A program made the translations under genes and the position numbers. From positions 192,508 to 256,507 of the IMG/VR virus record IMGVR_UViG_3300023202_000383: 64,000 bases of DNA; one strand, written 5' to 3'. Of this stretch, positions 46,599 through 56,417 are shown piece by piece. The first letter of the stretch is position 1; every line of letters starts with the position of its first letter. The notes under the pieces are model-generated. The model was not told the origin of the DNA. It did no database searches and saw only the letters and a list, made by a program, of their open reading frames with translations.

Positions 46599-47075
46599 AT
46601 GGGATGCGACATACATATCTGGGCAGAAACTAAGATCGATGGCAAGTGGCTGCTTTCTACAAAAGCCGCTGGCTTCAATAATCGGAGGCATGAATTTAAT
46701 CATTGTGCTCAAGACGAGGAAGAGAAGTGGAGAAACATGATTGTGGATGCTTCCCCATATGCTGGTCGTAATTATTATTTGTTTGCTATGTTGGCTAATG
46801 TTCGTAATTATCATAACGAAGTTGTGCCAATTTCGGAACCGCGAGGCGTTCCAGATGATGCATCAGATATATATTTAAAGATTGTTAAATTTTGGGATGG
46901 CGATGGGCATAGTCACAGCTATTTAACCTTAAAAGAATTACATGATGCGGTAAATGAAAGAGAAGCCGAATTTGCATCACAAACATATTTCATCAAGACG
47001 TACGAATACTTGCTAAAACTTGCATCAGATCCTAATGTAGAAGACGTTAGGCTAGTATTTTTCTTTGATAATTAA
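46599..47075 (+). CDS. conserved phage protein (MGCDIH family)
   Basis: MGCDIH start, RNYYLFAMLANVRN, PRGVPDD, DGHSHSY, RLVFFFDN. Confidence 0.8.
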   Translation: MGCDIHIWAETKIDGKWLLSTKAAGFNNRRHEFNHCAQDEEEKWRNMIVDASPYAGRNYYLFAMLANVRNYHNEVVPISEPRGVPDDASDIYLKIVKFWDGDGHSHSYLTLKELHDAVNEREAEFASQTYFIKTYEYLLKLASDPNVEDVRLVFFFDN

Positions 47076-47142
47076 TGCCTAGTATGCTAGCACAATTCGT
47101 GTTTGATCATCTTATATCGGCGGAAACGCTCGACGGAGTTTA

Positions 47143-47436
47143 TTGGAGCAATTCCAGAATAATGCAATAAATGTTTGGGGAAACGCCTTAGTAGAAATTA
47201 AATTTATGGATGGTTTAGTCAGACTGTCCGACGATGAATACGGAATATGGTACGATATTAAGTTTGATCTATGCAATCCGAGATTTGATATGAAACAATT
47301 AGTCGATTTAATAATCGATTGGGTTGAGCGAATCGACTATCAAGTATATGCATATATGCAAGAAAGAAGAAGAATTATGATTAACACGCTCCATAAATAT
47401 GCAATCGATGAAGTCAAAAGACTGGAAGAAGTTTGA
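47143..47436 (+). CDS. hypothetical protein, DPxF(D/N)P family
   Basis: FDLCNPRFDMKQLVDLI. Confidence 0.55.
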   Translation: MEQFQNNAINVWGNALVEIKFMDGLVRLSDDEYGIWYDIKFDLCNPRFDMKQLVDLIIDWVERIDYQVYAYMQERRRIMINTLHKYAIDEVKRLEEV

Positions 47437-47501
47437 TCCGATCAACAAAGATGAAGTAATTGAAGGCATGCAAGAATTGGTAAAAAGGTCAGTGGAAGCT
47501 A

Positions 47502-47975
47502 ATGTTTAAAACAATAAACATCAAAGACAAGACACACGCCATCCTATTTTGGAATGCAAAATGGTCAATATATAGAAGGAATCCAACTGATCACTATACA
47601 TCACATCCCATCACATATACGTCGATGGTATGGTTACCGCCAAACTCGATAACGTTGCCTAGATCGTTCGATCAGCTATCTGTTCCAGGCACGGAACCAA
47701 TGATGGTAATCAATATTAAGACTACGCCAGCGTCTACTAGACGCATGAATCGCACACCGAACCCGTTGGAGAGTTACATTTTGTCGAGACTTGATGGGAA
47801 AGCGTACTTAATAGAGATGGGCGAATATTGGAGTATGGTTAATGATAGAAAAGACGTAGTTCTACATGTAAGTGATTATACTAAATATTATTCACCAGAA
47901 ATACTTGGTCAAGAAGAATTTGATGATATAGTGAAAAAATTCAAGACCAAATTCAGAAAGAAACTTGGTCTATGA
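47502..47975 (+). CDS. hypothetical protein
   Basis: 157-aa ORF. Confidence 0.6.
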   Translation: MFKTINIKDKTHAILFWNAKWSIYRRNPTDHYTSHPITYTSMVWLPPNSITLPRSFDQLSVPGTEPMMVINIKTTPASTRRMNRTPNPLESYILSRLDGKAYLIEMGEYWSMVNDRKDVVLHVSDYTKYYSPEILGQEEFDDIVKKFKTKFRKKLGL

Positions 47976-48011
47976 GTTTTTGTTGCCGCCGAGCAGAGAC
48001 ACCTTCGACAG

Positions 48012-48467
48012 ATGGTGCAGAACGACAAAATACAGCTACCTAAGAAACGTCCATTCGTGACGCCCGCGCCGCCAAGAATATTTGACGGCCCAGATGGTAT
48101 GTTCTATTCATTCAAATATGGGGTTGTAACCAATCTAATTGGTATCTATCAATTCAGTGGTTATAGGTTTCTAACCAAAGATTATGCCAATCCAGGTTAC
48201 AAACCGCTACTGTTGTTCATAGCACGATACAGAACCACATGGATCCATGGTATGCGGCCTCCAGTTAGGTCACCCAAGCTGTTTGCTGTTGATGATGATG
48301 GAGACGGTTACTGGTCTATTGGATCTAAATCTAAGACATGGAACATACGCACTCTGCTAGAACAAGATTACTGGATTCAGAAGACTAGCAGAACCACATT
48401 GTGCACCGATGTTTTAGATGCCGTTTCCCCAATGATCAAGCGATTCGGCAGTAAGATCAATGAATAG
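48012..48467 (+). CDS. hypothetical protein
   Basis: 151-aa ORF. Confidence 0.55.
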   Translation: MVQNDKIQLPKKRPFVTPAPPRIFDGPDGMFYSFKYGVVTNLIGIYQFSGYRFLTKDYANPGYKPLLLFIARYRTTWIHGMRPPVRSPKLFAVDDDGDGYWSIGSKSKTWNIRTLLEQDYWIQKTSRTTLCTDVLDAVSPMIKRFGSKINE

Positions 48468-48507
48468 CATCAGAATTGGGATTTAACTCTAAAACAAAAC
48501 GAGGAGA

Positions 48508-48954
48508 ATGACACTCAAGCCAAAGAAAAGAAGATTGCCAGAGAGCAAAACAAAGTTGCCTGTAAGCAAATTAATATGGCTAAGGCTTGTGTCATTGAAC
48601 TATATCGGCCACGTTAAAACAAAATATCGAAAGCGACGAAATATATTCCTCGACAAGATAGAGAGTATACCAGTCAACGTAGGATATTACCACTACGAGG
48701 TATCTGATGTCGCTAGACCCGGTTCGGACGCATATATATTGGTTGGGGTAGAAATGAAATGTAGAAATATCAAGGGTAACCCAGTAGTTGAGGCATTCGT
48801 TATTAGTAACGACTTGAAATATGTGTGGCGAATGAAGAATAAGAACCCGCTTGGGTCTGAAGTCGAAATAACGTACGAGCCATACGAAGTGCCAACTGTG
48901 CGACAAGTTAAAACATGGCTTAGGAAGCATTTTGACGCCTATGGTCCACAATAA
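48508..48954 (+). CDS. hypothetical protein
   Basis: GAGGAG RBS, 148 aa. Confidence 0.65.
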   Translation: MTLKPKKRRLPESKTKLPVSKLIWLRLVSLNYIGHVKTKYRKRRNIFLDKIESIPVNVGYYHYEVSDVARPGSDAYILVGVEMKCRNIKGNPVVEAFVISNDLKYVWRMKNKNPLGSEVEITYEPYEVPTVRQVKTWLRKHFDAYGPQ

Positions 48955-49369
48955 CATAAAAGCTAAACCTAGAAGAGAGAAAAAACTCTCTGAATCGCCG
49001 CATATTGGTACGGTTGATCTTAAGAATTCTAGATTTATATCTTTAGCATATATTGAATCTAAAGGAAGCGTACATTATTTTAGAATTCTTCCGCCAGATG
49101 ACCCAAATAAGAAGATATATCTGTGCGCACATTTAATATGTTATACTCATCGCAGTCATCGTTGTATGCCCAGATTTTTAAACCTTCTGATAGATTTCGA
49201 TAAAAAACACGTGTGGCATATCCACAAGCCCCACCAAGATCGCAATAAGGGGGAAGGCGTTGTTATGGTAACGATGGTTCAAAATGATCGAGACATTCCA
49301 CAGCAAGGTGCTATAGATAATTGGGTTGAAGAGACTATAAAGAGAACGAATGTCTACGTGGATAAATAA
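48932..49369 (+). CDS. hypothetical protein
   Basis: ORF in an overlapping run. Confidence 0.55.
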   Translation: MTPMVHNNIKAKPRREKKLSESPHIGTVDLKNSRFISLAYIESKGSVHYFRILPPDDPNKKIYLCAHLICYTHRSHRCMPRFLNLLIDFDKKHVWHIHKPHQDRNKGEGVVMVTMVQNDRDIPQQGAIDNWVEETIKRTNVYVDK

Positions 49370-49730
49370 ACCGTATCTCCAACATACATTTCCAGTTAGT
49401 GACACAGAACTTGCTGGAAAGATGCATAAGCGGGATAATATTGACGATTTTGATATACGATTAGTCCGTGTTGTATCGTTTAGAAAATACCAAAAAAGTG
49501 CATGGATAGTTAATCTATCAAATGAAATTATCAGCCCCAACATTAACGAAGAAGAATTGTGTTGGTGTTTGATTGGTTCGTGTGTAATTCTTACAGATGG
49601 TATCAAATATTCTCGTATATTATTGTACAATCCTAGTAGACTATATTATATGACTTCTAGCATACGTAGATCTTTCTTTAATTTCTTTAAATGGGAAGTG
49701 CACGAAAAGATTAATGAATTAATGGAATGA
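49350..49730 (+). CDS. hypothetical protein
   Basis: ORF in an overlapping run. Confidence 0.55.
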   Translation: MSTWINKPYLQHTFPVSDTELAGKMHKRDNIDDFDIRLVRVVSFRKYQKSAWIVNLSNEIISPNINEEELCWCLIGSCVILTDGIKYSRILLYNPSRLYYMTSSIRRSFFNFFKWEVHEKINELME

Positions 49731-49747
49731 ATTAATGGACGCTACTA

Positions 49748-50065
49748 ATGAATATTAAAATCGTATTAGCAAAAATGTTGGCTGAAAAATTGACCACGTA
49801 TTTCGATTGCAATATTATAATAGATGATCAAAACCGGGCGGTAGTATCATTATGGGCACAAATAGATAATAGTGGAGATCAATTATTGCTTGCTCATGTT
49901 GGAGAAGAATATATAGACTTCCCAAGATTATTCTACAAATATGATATAAACAACCCAGAATTCGATCCTGAAAGATTTTCTGAGGTTATTGCTTCTGATA
50001 TCATAAAATTAGATCTTAAATTGAGCTTCCCTATGTTGTTTTCCAGAAGAAGGACCAATCAATGA
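49748..50065 (+). CDS. hypothetical protein, DPxF(D/N)P family
   Basis: YDINNPEFDPERFSEVI. Confidence 0.6.
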   Translation: MNIKIVLAKMLAEKLTTYFDCNIIIDDQNRAVVSLWAQIDNSGDQLLLAHVGEEYIDFPRLFYKYDINNPEFDPERFSEVIASDIIKLDLKLSFPMLFSRRRTNQ

Positions 50066-50715
50066 GCGACGAACAGAACAAAAATGCCGAGACGCCAGAT
50101 GTGGAGGCCAAGAAATGGGTCGAGTGGGCAAATTATTATTTTCGCTGCCAAAGCGTCCCGTTGCTCACATCCGAGCAACGTAACGTGGTTATGACCGCCC
50201 TCGTCAACGCGATTAAGACGGAGCGGGAGAGGGCGATCGAGGGGTTGTCAGCAGACGAGATCAACAACCTGCCAGATTCCGTGCGTCGGTACATCGCGGC
50301 GATAGAAACAAAGTGCGACCCTGCTGGCGACATACGTTTGATTGCGGACCTCAAGGAACAACGAGATGCCCTAATCAAGCGGCTCGAACAGGCCGAGCGG
50401 GAGCGGGACGAGGCATTGCGTTGGAAAGAATCGGCGATGTCTGTAACTCCACCTATACAGGACATTGGCCGCGAACTTGACCTTAATCTTGGCGAGTCGA
50501 TTCACGACAAGATTTTGCCCGGCATCAAAGAACAGAAAGTCACCATTGCCCGCCTCACCGACCTGCTGCGGGAAGCGAGACCGTACATCGGGCACGCCCC
50601 GTATTGCGACTATCTACACAGCGGAAGGACGAAGCCGTGCGATTGCAAGCAACTAGACGTGTGCTTACGCATCAACTCCGCCTTGGCCGAAAGCGAGGAC
50701 ACCGATGCCGACTGA
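50062..50715 (+). CDS. hypothetical coiled-coil protein (GC-rich)
   Basis: 217 aa, ATGA overlap. Confidence 0.65.
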   Translation: MSDEQNKNAETPDVEAKKWVEWANYYFRCQSVPLLTSEQRNVVMTALVNAIKTERERAIEGLSADEINNLPDSVRRYIAAIETKCDPAGDIRLIADLKEQRDALIKRLEQAERERDEALRWKESAMSVTPPIQDIGRELDLNLGESIHDKILPGIKEQKVTIARLTDLLREARPYIGHAPYCDYLHSGRTKPCDCKQLDVCLRINSALAESEDTDAD

Positions 50716-50971
50716 CCACAGACAGACGGAGGACGATCATGTGCGCCTGCTGGTAGAGCGGCTGTGTCCGCCAGACCTTGCGTTCAGTGTGACACGGTAT
50801 GACGTTGGCCGGTGGCACATCGTAATCGCGAGTGCGCCCGAGCCGCCTCATTACGTCATCGAGCGAGTAGTAAATGTTCGCGGGGCTGTTTTTCCAGAAG
50901 GAATCATCACGCGTAACGTTGACGAAATGGTGACGCACATCCTCGAAAGGATTGCCCAACATGCCGAATGA
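50705..50971 (+). CDS. hypothetical protein (GC-rich)
   Basis: 88 aa, overlapping the upstream stop. Confidence 0.5.
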   Translation: MPTDHRQTEDDHVRLLVERLCPPDLAFSVTRYDVGRWHIVIASAPEPPHYVIERVVNVRGAVFPEGIITRNVDEMVTHILERIAQHAE

Positions 50972-51013
50972 CCCCAGACACCTTGCAACAACCAGAGATT
51001 GAGCCACAGCAGC

Positions 51014-52516
51014 TTACCGCTCGTAGACAAATCTTAACTTCTTGCTACCCCATACCTTCACATAGCCATTTGTTTCAGCGTATTCACGCTCTTTCATTTT
51101 CATCTTCACAGCACGCTGATAGAGCGTTTTCTTATGCATTGTCCACCCATTCTCATCAGTATACCAATAACTTGGTGGTACATCTCCGTCGGGCTTGAAA
51201 TTCAACGACTTATACACAGCACCATCATGATTAAAAGTGGTATCACAATACGATATTATTAACTTGTACTTATCTGGCAGTTTTTTTAGACACCTGCTAA
51301 CAAACCACGACGCGAAATTCTTCTTCTGATAGCGAGGGTGAATACATAACCTAGATAATTCGCGGCATTCTTTCTTCTTATATCTGCCAGTCCTAATATT
51401 GTGACGTACCAACGGTGAAAAAACGCAAACAGCAATCAACTCTTCTTCAAGATAGGCACCATAACAAATTCCGCCTCGACCAGCATCGGATAGGTAATGA
51501 TATTTCGAAAGAAGAAGCCTGTATTCGCTAGCTGGACAGTCATTAATTTCTACATTATTGAAATCGTATTCGACAGTATTCAGTTTAGTAATTCCGAGCC
51601 AATATTTGAGCAATTCGACCACTTTATTATAATTGTGAAATTCATGCTCCCAAATGCATTTCAATTCGTACTGATTTGGGAAGTTATTTGCGACGTATGA
51701 TGCCTTCCGTTTATCATTAGCATGCCCTCGATCTGTAGAATGCCAGTATTCGCCTTGGCATTCTATAAGGAGATCTGGTGCGTTCTGCCTAGGGATGACG
51801 CAATCAAAGCTATATGGCCCGATTTTGGTCTGTAAATCGTCTTGTTTGCTATTGTGCTCTCTGTAATAAGAAATATTTAAGTCGTCTAGGATAGAATAGA
51901 GTGTTTCTTGTATAGATGAGACCTTTGGCATATTATCTCTAGCTAGAGACAAGGACTCGCAGATTTTGGCTCTATATTCGGGATTCTCCCATGACTTTTT
52001 AGTTGCTTCTGATATCTTACGCCTATATTCTTGATTCCCCCACGCCTCTTTGGATACCTGCCCCAAAATTTCTGTCATTTTGTCTCTGTATTTCCCATCC
52101 AACCACCTCTTTTTGCCGAGTTCTGACATCTTTTGTTTAAATTCTGGGGTAACTTTCTTGCGGTTAATCTCTGTCATTCTTTCAGCGAAATCGTCACTCT
52201 GCCTAAAAGCACTCATCCTGTCTCGTAATTCAGGATCATTCCAAATTTCTTTGCTATTGGTTACAATTTTGTTTCTATACCTATCATCCTTCCATGCTTC
52301 TTTTGCTCCTTTCCTAGATGCTTTTCTTTTCTCTGGATCGTTTGCTACACACTTGGCGCATTCCCATGGTATTTGATTTCTTATAACCTCGGATTTCTTG
52401 CGAATGGATTTTGTGCCCTCGCTGCCGCAATTATCACATTCAACGACTACCTTTGGCCTATGTCCAGATAGATCTATTCTATTAAATTTTTCTAGCGTCT
52501 TATTCCAATTTATCAT
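51014..52516 (-). CDS. endonuclease-GNAT fusion (Vsr/DUF559-like PD-(D/E)xK plus Mom-like acetyltransferase)
   Basis: Basic W-repeat N-terminus; YSFDCVIP..LIECQGEYWH..ELKCIWEHE; ELSRLCIHPRYQKKNFASWFVSRC..IISYCDTTFNHDGAVYK. Confidence 0.75.
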   Translation of the reverse strand: MINWNKTLEKFNRIDLSGHRPKVVVECDNCGSEGTKSIRKKSEVIRNQIPWECAKCVANDPEKRKASRKGAKEAWKDDRYRNKIVTNSKEIWNDPELRDRMSAFRQSDDFAERMTEINRKKVTPEFKQKMSELGKKRWLDGKYRDKMTEILGQVSKEAWGNQEYRRKISEATKKSWENPEYRAKICESLSLARDNMPKVSSIQETLYSILDDLNISYYREHNSKQDDLQTKIGPYSFDCVIPRQNAPDLLIECQGEYWHSTDRGHANDKRKASYVANNFPNQYELKCIWEHEFHNYNKVVELLKYWLGITKLNTVEYDFNNVEINDCPASEYRLLLSKYHYLSDAGRGGICYGAYLEEELIAVCVFSPLVRHNIRTGRYKKKECRELSRLCIHPRYQKKNFASWFVSRCLKKLPDKYKLIISYCDTTFNHDGAVYKSLNFKPDGDVPPSYWYTDENGWTMHKKTLYQRAVKMKMKEREYAETNGYVKVWGSKKLRFVYER

Positions 52517-52732
52517 AATTTATTTTTGAGCCGTGATATGGCAATATGGTTATTGTCTTTTAAATACAATATCAGTTGTTGCGCGACAACAAACGCTTCA
52601 CAGCAAGCTAGAAATGCGTCAACACATCAAAAATAACTCATTGGATTCGCGAAGCCGTTTTGTGCCAATTGTTGCCGCCATGCTGCAGCGACACAGCAGC
52701 GTGTGAGGGAACGTCTTTCTGGAGAACATGCT

Positions 52733-54361
52733 ATGATGACACCTGAGGAAAAGTTGGTAGCTGCACGATGTCGTTTGATGACACGTGAGCCATGGTACGG
52801 GCATATGGCCATGATGATCACGTGGAAGAAGTCCGACATGAATTGGGTCGATGATGAAGCGGCCCGATCGATCGGCATTAAGATCGCCAGCACCGGCGAG
52901 ATTACTGCTTACTGGTATCAGGATTGGGTTGAGCGGATGTCGCTCAAGCAGATCTACGGTACTATCGAACACATGATCAATCACCTGGTTCGCCTGCACC
53001 CGGTTCGGGCTGGTGAGCATGAGAAGGCTCCGTGGAACATCGCGACCGACATGGCCGTAAATGGTTCTGCCAACAGCCCCCACATCGGATATAAGGACGA
53101 GAACGGCAAGACCGTCCTCCCTTGCTCATATGATGTGTCCAAGGGAAGCGACACCTGGACAATCCCCAACTACGACGACGCTTTGGTGTTCGCAGACAAG
53201 AAGGGGATCGGCGTCGACAATGTTAAGCCGCACGGCGACAGTCTCGTGTTCGTGCCCAATGACTGGCCTAGTGACGAATCAGCCGAATTCTACTACGAGA
53301 AGTTGATCGAGCAATTCGGTGACGATGGCCAGCAGGGCCAGCAGGGCCAGCAGTGCGATGGTGAAGGCCAGGACCAATGCCAAACGTGCGGTGGCAGCGG
53401 GCAAGCTCCCGACGACGAAGATGGCGACGAAGACCAGCAGGGCCAAGGCCAAGGTCAGGGTCAGGATGATGACCAGCAGGGCCAGGGCCAAGGCCAAGGT
53501 CAGGGTCAGGATGATGACCAGCAGGGCCAGGGTGGTGGCGGTGGCCAACCCCAGGGCGAATGCAGCGACAGCAGCGGTGAAAGTGATGGTCAGGGAAGCG
53601 GCAGCCCGTGCCCCGATTGTCAGGGAACCGGCAAGGAAGGCGGTCAAAGCGGCGGCAACGGCCAGGCCAAGCACAACTACGGCCCATTCCAGAATAACGC
53701 TGTCGACGACCACAGCACGTGGACACAGTCCGATATCAGCCACGACGAGGCACGGCAGCTGGTCCATGATATGGTCAAGGAAGCGACCGACAAGAGCCAG
53801 GGTCACACACCCGGTCACTTGGCACAGGCGATCGACGAACTCAAGAAACCGATCGTCCGGTGGCGTGAAATCCTGCGTCAGATCATCGGCACGCACGTTG
53901 GCAACCGTCGCAAGACGTATGCCCGACGCAACCGCCGATATGATATCTGGGGTATCAAGGGCATCAGCCATCACGCAGCCGCAACCGTGTCGGTGATCAT
54001 CGACACGTCCGGATCAATCGGAACCAAGGAACTGGAACAGTTCTTCGGTGAAATCGAGGCGATCAGTTACCGTGCCAAGGTCAACGTTCTGCAGTGGGAC
54101 CACGCATTCCAGGGCTTCGACCAGTACCGCCGAGGTGACTGGAAGAAGATCACTGCTAATGGACGTGGGGGCACGGATATGGCAGCCCCGGTCAAGTGGT
54201 TAGAAGAGAATGGCCAGGTCGCTGATCTGCAGATTATGCTGACCGATGGCTATTGCAATTGGCCCGCGCCACGTGAGTATCCGATGGTGTTCTGCATCAC
54301 GACCGACAATACTTCGGAACCTGAGTGGGGTGTGTCGATCCGCATGAAGATCACTGAGTGA
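52733..54361 (+). CDS. DUF2201-type metallopeptidase-like plus VWA domain protein (AAA partner)
   Basis: WNIATDMAVN, VDDHSTW, VRWREILR, IIDTSGSI MIDAS, GRGGTD, IMLTDG. Confidence 0.88.
   Translation: MMTPEEKLVAARCRLMTREPWYGHMAMMITWKKSDMNWVDDEAARSIGIKIASTGEITAYWYQDWVERMSLKQIYGTIEHMINHLVRLHPVRAGEHEKAPWNIATDMAVNGSANSPHIGYKDENGKTVLPCSYDVSKGSDTWTIPNYDDALVFADKKGIGVDNVKPHGDSLVFVPNDWPSDESAEFYYEKLIEQFGDDGQQGQQGQQCDGEGQDQCQTCGGSGQAPDDEDGDEDQQGQGQGQGQDDDQQGQGQGQGQGQDDDQQGQGGGGGQPQGECSDSSGESDGQGSGSPCPDCQGTGKEGGQSGGNGQAKHNYGPFQNNAVDDHSTWTQSDISHDEARQLVHDMVKEATDKSQGHTPGHLAQAIDELKKPIVRWREILRQIIGTHVGNRRKTYARRNRRYDIWGIKGISHHAAATVSVIIDTSGSIGTKELEQFFGEIEAISYRAKVNVLQWDHAFQGFDQYRRGDWKKITANGRGGTDMAAPVKWLEENGQVADLQIMLTDGYCNWPAPREYPMVFCITTDNTSEPEWGVSIRMKITE
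53432..53533 (+). repeat. imperfect tandem repeat encoding (DDDQQGQGQGQGQ)n
   Basis: GACCAGCAGGGCCA...GGTCAGGGTCAGGATGAT units repeated. Confidence 0.85.
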
Positions 54362-54403
54362 TATCCATGTGATGACCGCAGCCATGTCGGTCAAATATAT
54401 TTC

Positions 54404-55921
54404 ATGATCGATTGGGAAGCAAGCAAAGCTGAGTTCGGAACCACCATGGGTCTAAAAGGCAATAGACCCATGGTGGTTGTTTTATGTGACAAGTGCAAGT
54501 CTAAAGGATCTATTCGGATTCGCAACAAATCTCTGATCAAAAAGACTGGCGACCGCACATGGCTGTGTAGATCATGCGTGAATAACCAACCTAACAAGAT
54601 AGCAAAACTTAAGAATGCTTCTAAAAAATTATGGGAAAATGATAAGTATAGATCAAAAAATTTAAGCTCAGTCAGAAGTGCAGAAAATCGCAAAAAGCTT
54701 AGCGACAATTGGTATAAAAATATGAAATCAATTGTCGCCAGTGACGAATATAAATCAAAGCAAAGAAAATCATCAATCAAATCATGGCGTGATAGTAAGT
54801 ATGCAAGCAAGATTATCAAGTCATCAACAGAGATGTGGAATAATGCTTCTTTACGTGACAAGATGTTGTCATCTAGAAGAACTGATAAATATAGAGAGAA
54901 TCAGCGTATAAAGGCAATAGAACGGTGGCAAGACCCTAATTATATAAAGAAGCAGGACTCTGCAAAAGCTAGAGCGGTTAGATCACCAGAGAACTTGGCG
55001 AAATTGCGAGCCAACCAGAAAAAAGTGTCATCAATACAAAATATGTTGTATTCAATCCTCGATGATTTAGAAGTTAAATATTATAGAGAATACAATGATA
55101 AAATAGATGATCACGAGGTCAAGATTGGTCCATATAACTTCGACTGTTTGGTGCCACGTGACAACAAGCCAGACTTGCTAATAGAATGTCAGGGCGAATA
55201 CTGGCATTCTATTAGAGAAGGCAGCGATAAAGCTAAAGCATCATATATATCAAACAACCACAGCGATAAGTATGAGCTTAAATATATATGGGAGCATGAA
55301 TTTCATAATAAGAATAGAGTTGTTGAGCTTGTTAAATATTGGTTAGGCATTGCCGCGATTGACTCAATAGAATTCGATTTTGATTCAGTTGAGATAAGAA
55401 AATGTCCACCAAAAGATTATAAACTTTTGCTTGGCAAATATCATTATCTTCCAACAGCAGGTCGCGGTGGCATCGCTTTTGGTGCATATTTGGAGTCCGG
55501 GTTAATAGCTGTATGTATTTTTTCTCCGATGCCTCGGCAAAACATGCCATATAATAATAAATCGCATAGAGAATTGTCTAGGTTATGTATTCACCCTCGC
55601 TACCAGAAGAAGAATTTTGCGTCGTGGTTTGTGTCGCGGTGTATCAAATTGCTACCGACAAAATACAAAACAATAATATCATATTGTGATACTACATTCA
55701 ACCATGATGGGGCGGTCTATAAAGCATGCAATTTCAAATTGGATGGTGAAGTTAAGCCAGATTATTGGTATGCTAGCAAAAGCGGCTGGATTATGCATAA
55801 AAGAACAATGTATGGGCATGCAACAAAGATGAAGAAAAATGAATCCGATTATGCCAAAGAGATGGGCTACAAGAAAATATGGGGCAGCAAGAAATTAAGA
55901 TTTGTTTTTGACAGATCATGA
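54404..55921 (+). CDS. endonuclease-GNAT fusion, paralog of 51014-52516
   Basis: YNFDCLVP..LIECQGEYWH..IWEHE; ELSRLCIHPRYQKKNFASWFVSRC..IISYCDTTFNHDGAVYK identical to the paralog. Confidence 0.75.
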   Translation: MIDWEASKAEFGTTMGLKGNRPMVVVLCDKCKSKGSIRIRNKSLIKKTGDRTWLCRSCVNNQPNKIAKLKNASKKLWENDKYRSKNLSSVRSAENRKKLSDNWYKNMKSIVASDEYKSKQRKSSIKSWRDSKYASKIIKSSTEMWNNASLRDKMLSSRRTDKYRENQRIKAIERWQDPNYIKKQDSAKARAVRSPENLAKLRANQKKVSSIQNMLYSILDDLEVKYYREYNDKIDDHEVKIGPYNFDCLVPRDNKPDLLIECQGEYWHSIREGSDKAKASYISNNHSDKYELKYIWEHEFHNKNRVVELVKYWLGIAAIDSIEFDFDSVEIRKCPPKDYKLLLGKYHYLPTAGRGGIAFGAYLESGLIAVCIFSPMPRQNMPYNNKSHRELSRLCIHPRYQKKNFASWFVSRCIKLLPTKYKTIISYCDTTFNHDGAVYKACNFKLDGEVKPDYWYASKSGWIMHKRTMYGHATKMKKNESDYAKEMGYKKIWGSKKLRFVFDRS

Positions 55922-56001
55922 TTTCTTGCTGCAACACGCTGTGTCACAGCAAAGTAAGGCCAGAGGAAAAGAGTGATGATTGATTACCCCGAAGGAGAGA
56001 A

Positions 56002-56388
56002 ATGAAACTTAATAAACTAATTACCGAAAGTCGCCTACCAAAAGTAGGCATTTTCTGGATAATTGGCGGTGATGTGATCAGCTTCCTAGAAGAAGCCAGA
56101 GATGTGTCTAGCATTAGTGGATTTAAGGATGCTACACATGATCACCACACAATGTGGGATAAAGTTGTGACCTCTTATCCTAAATTCAGAAATATGGAAT
56201 ATTATGAAGTCCCCAGAGGCAGAGTCCTGTTTGCTGGTCCTCGCGAACGATATGAAATTATAACGAGCAAGAAGATAGCCGAAAACGGCAAGTATATTAG
56301 AAAAATCATGCGAGAATTCTCTCTGCCGATTTCTAAAACAGCGATTGTGATGGATGAGCACTACGAAATAGAACCTGATTTAGACTAG
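56002..56388 (+). CDS. hypothetical protein
   Basis: GGAGAG RBS; VGIFW...PRGRV. Confidence 0.7.
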   Translation: MKLNKLITESRLPKVGIFWIIGGDVISFLEEARDVSSISGFKDATHDHHTMWDKVVTSYPKFRNMEYYEVPRGRVLFAGPRERYEIITSKKIAENGKYIRKIMREFSLPISKTAIVMDEHYEIEPDLD

Positions 56389-56417
56389 CCTTCAGAGAGC
56401 AAGCTGACGCCCGGAGA

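Noticed and set aside
53268-53996. Several 150-230 aa alternative-frame ORFs with repeats
   Set aside because: Produced by the low-complexity GC-rich linker of the VWA gene
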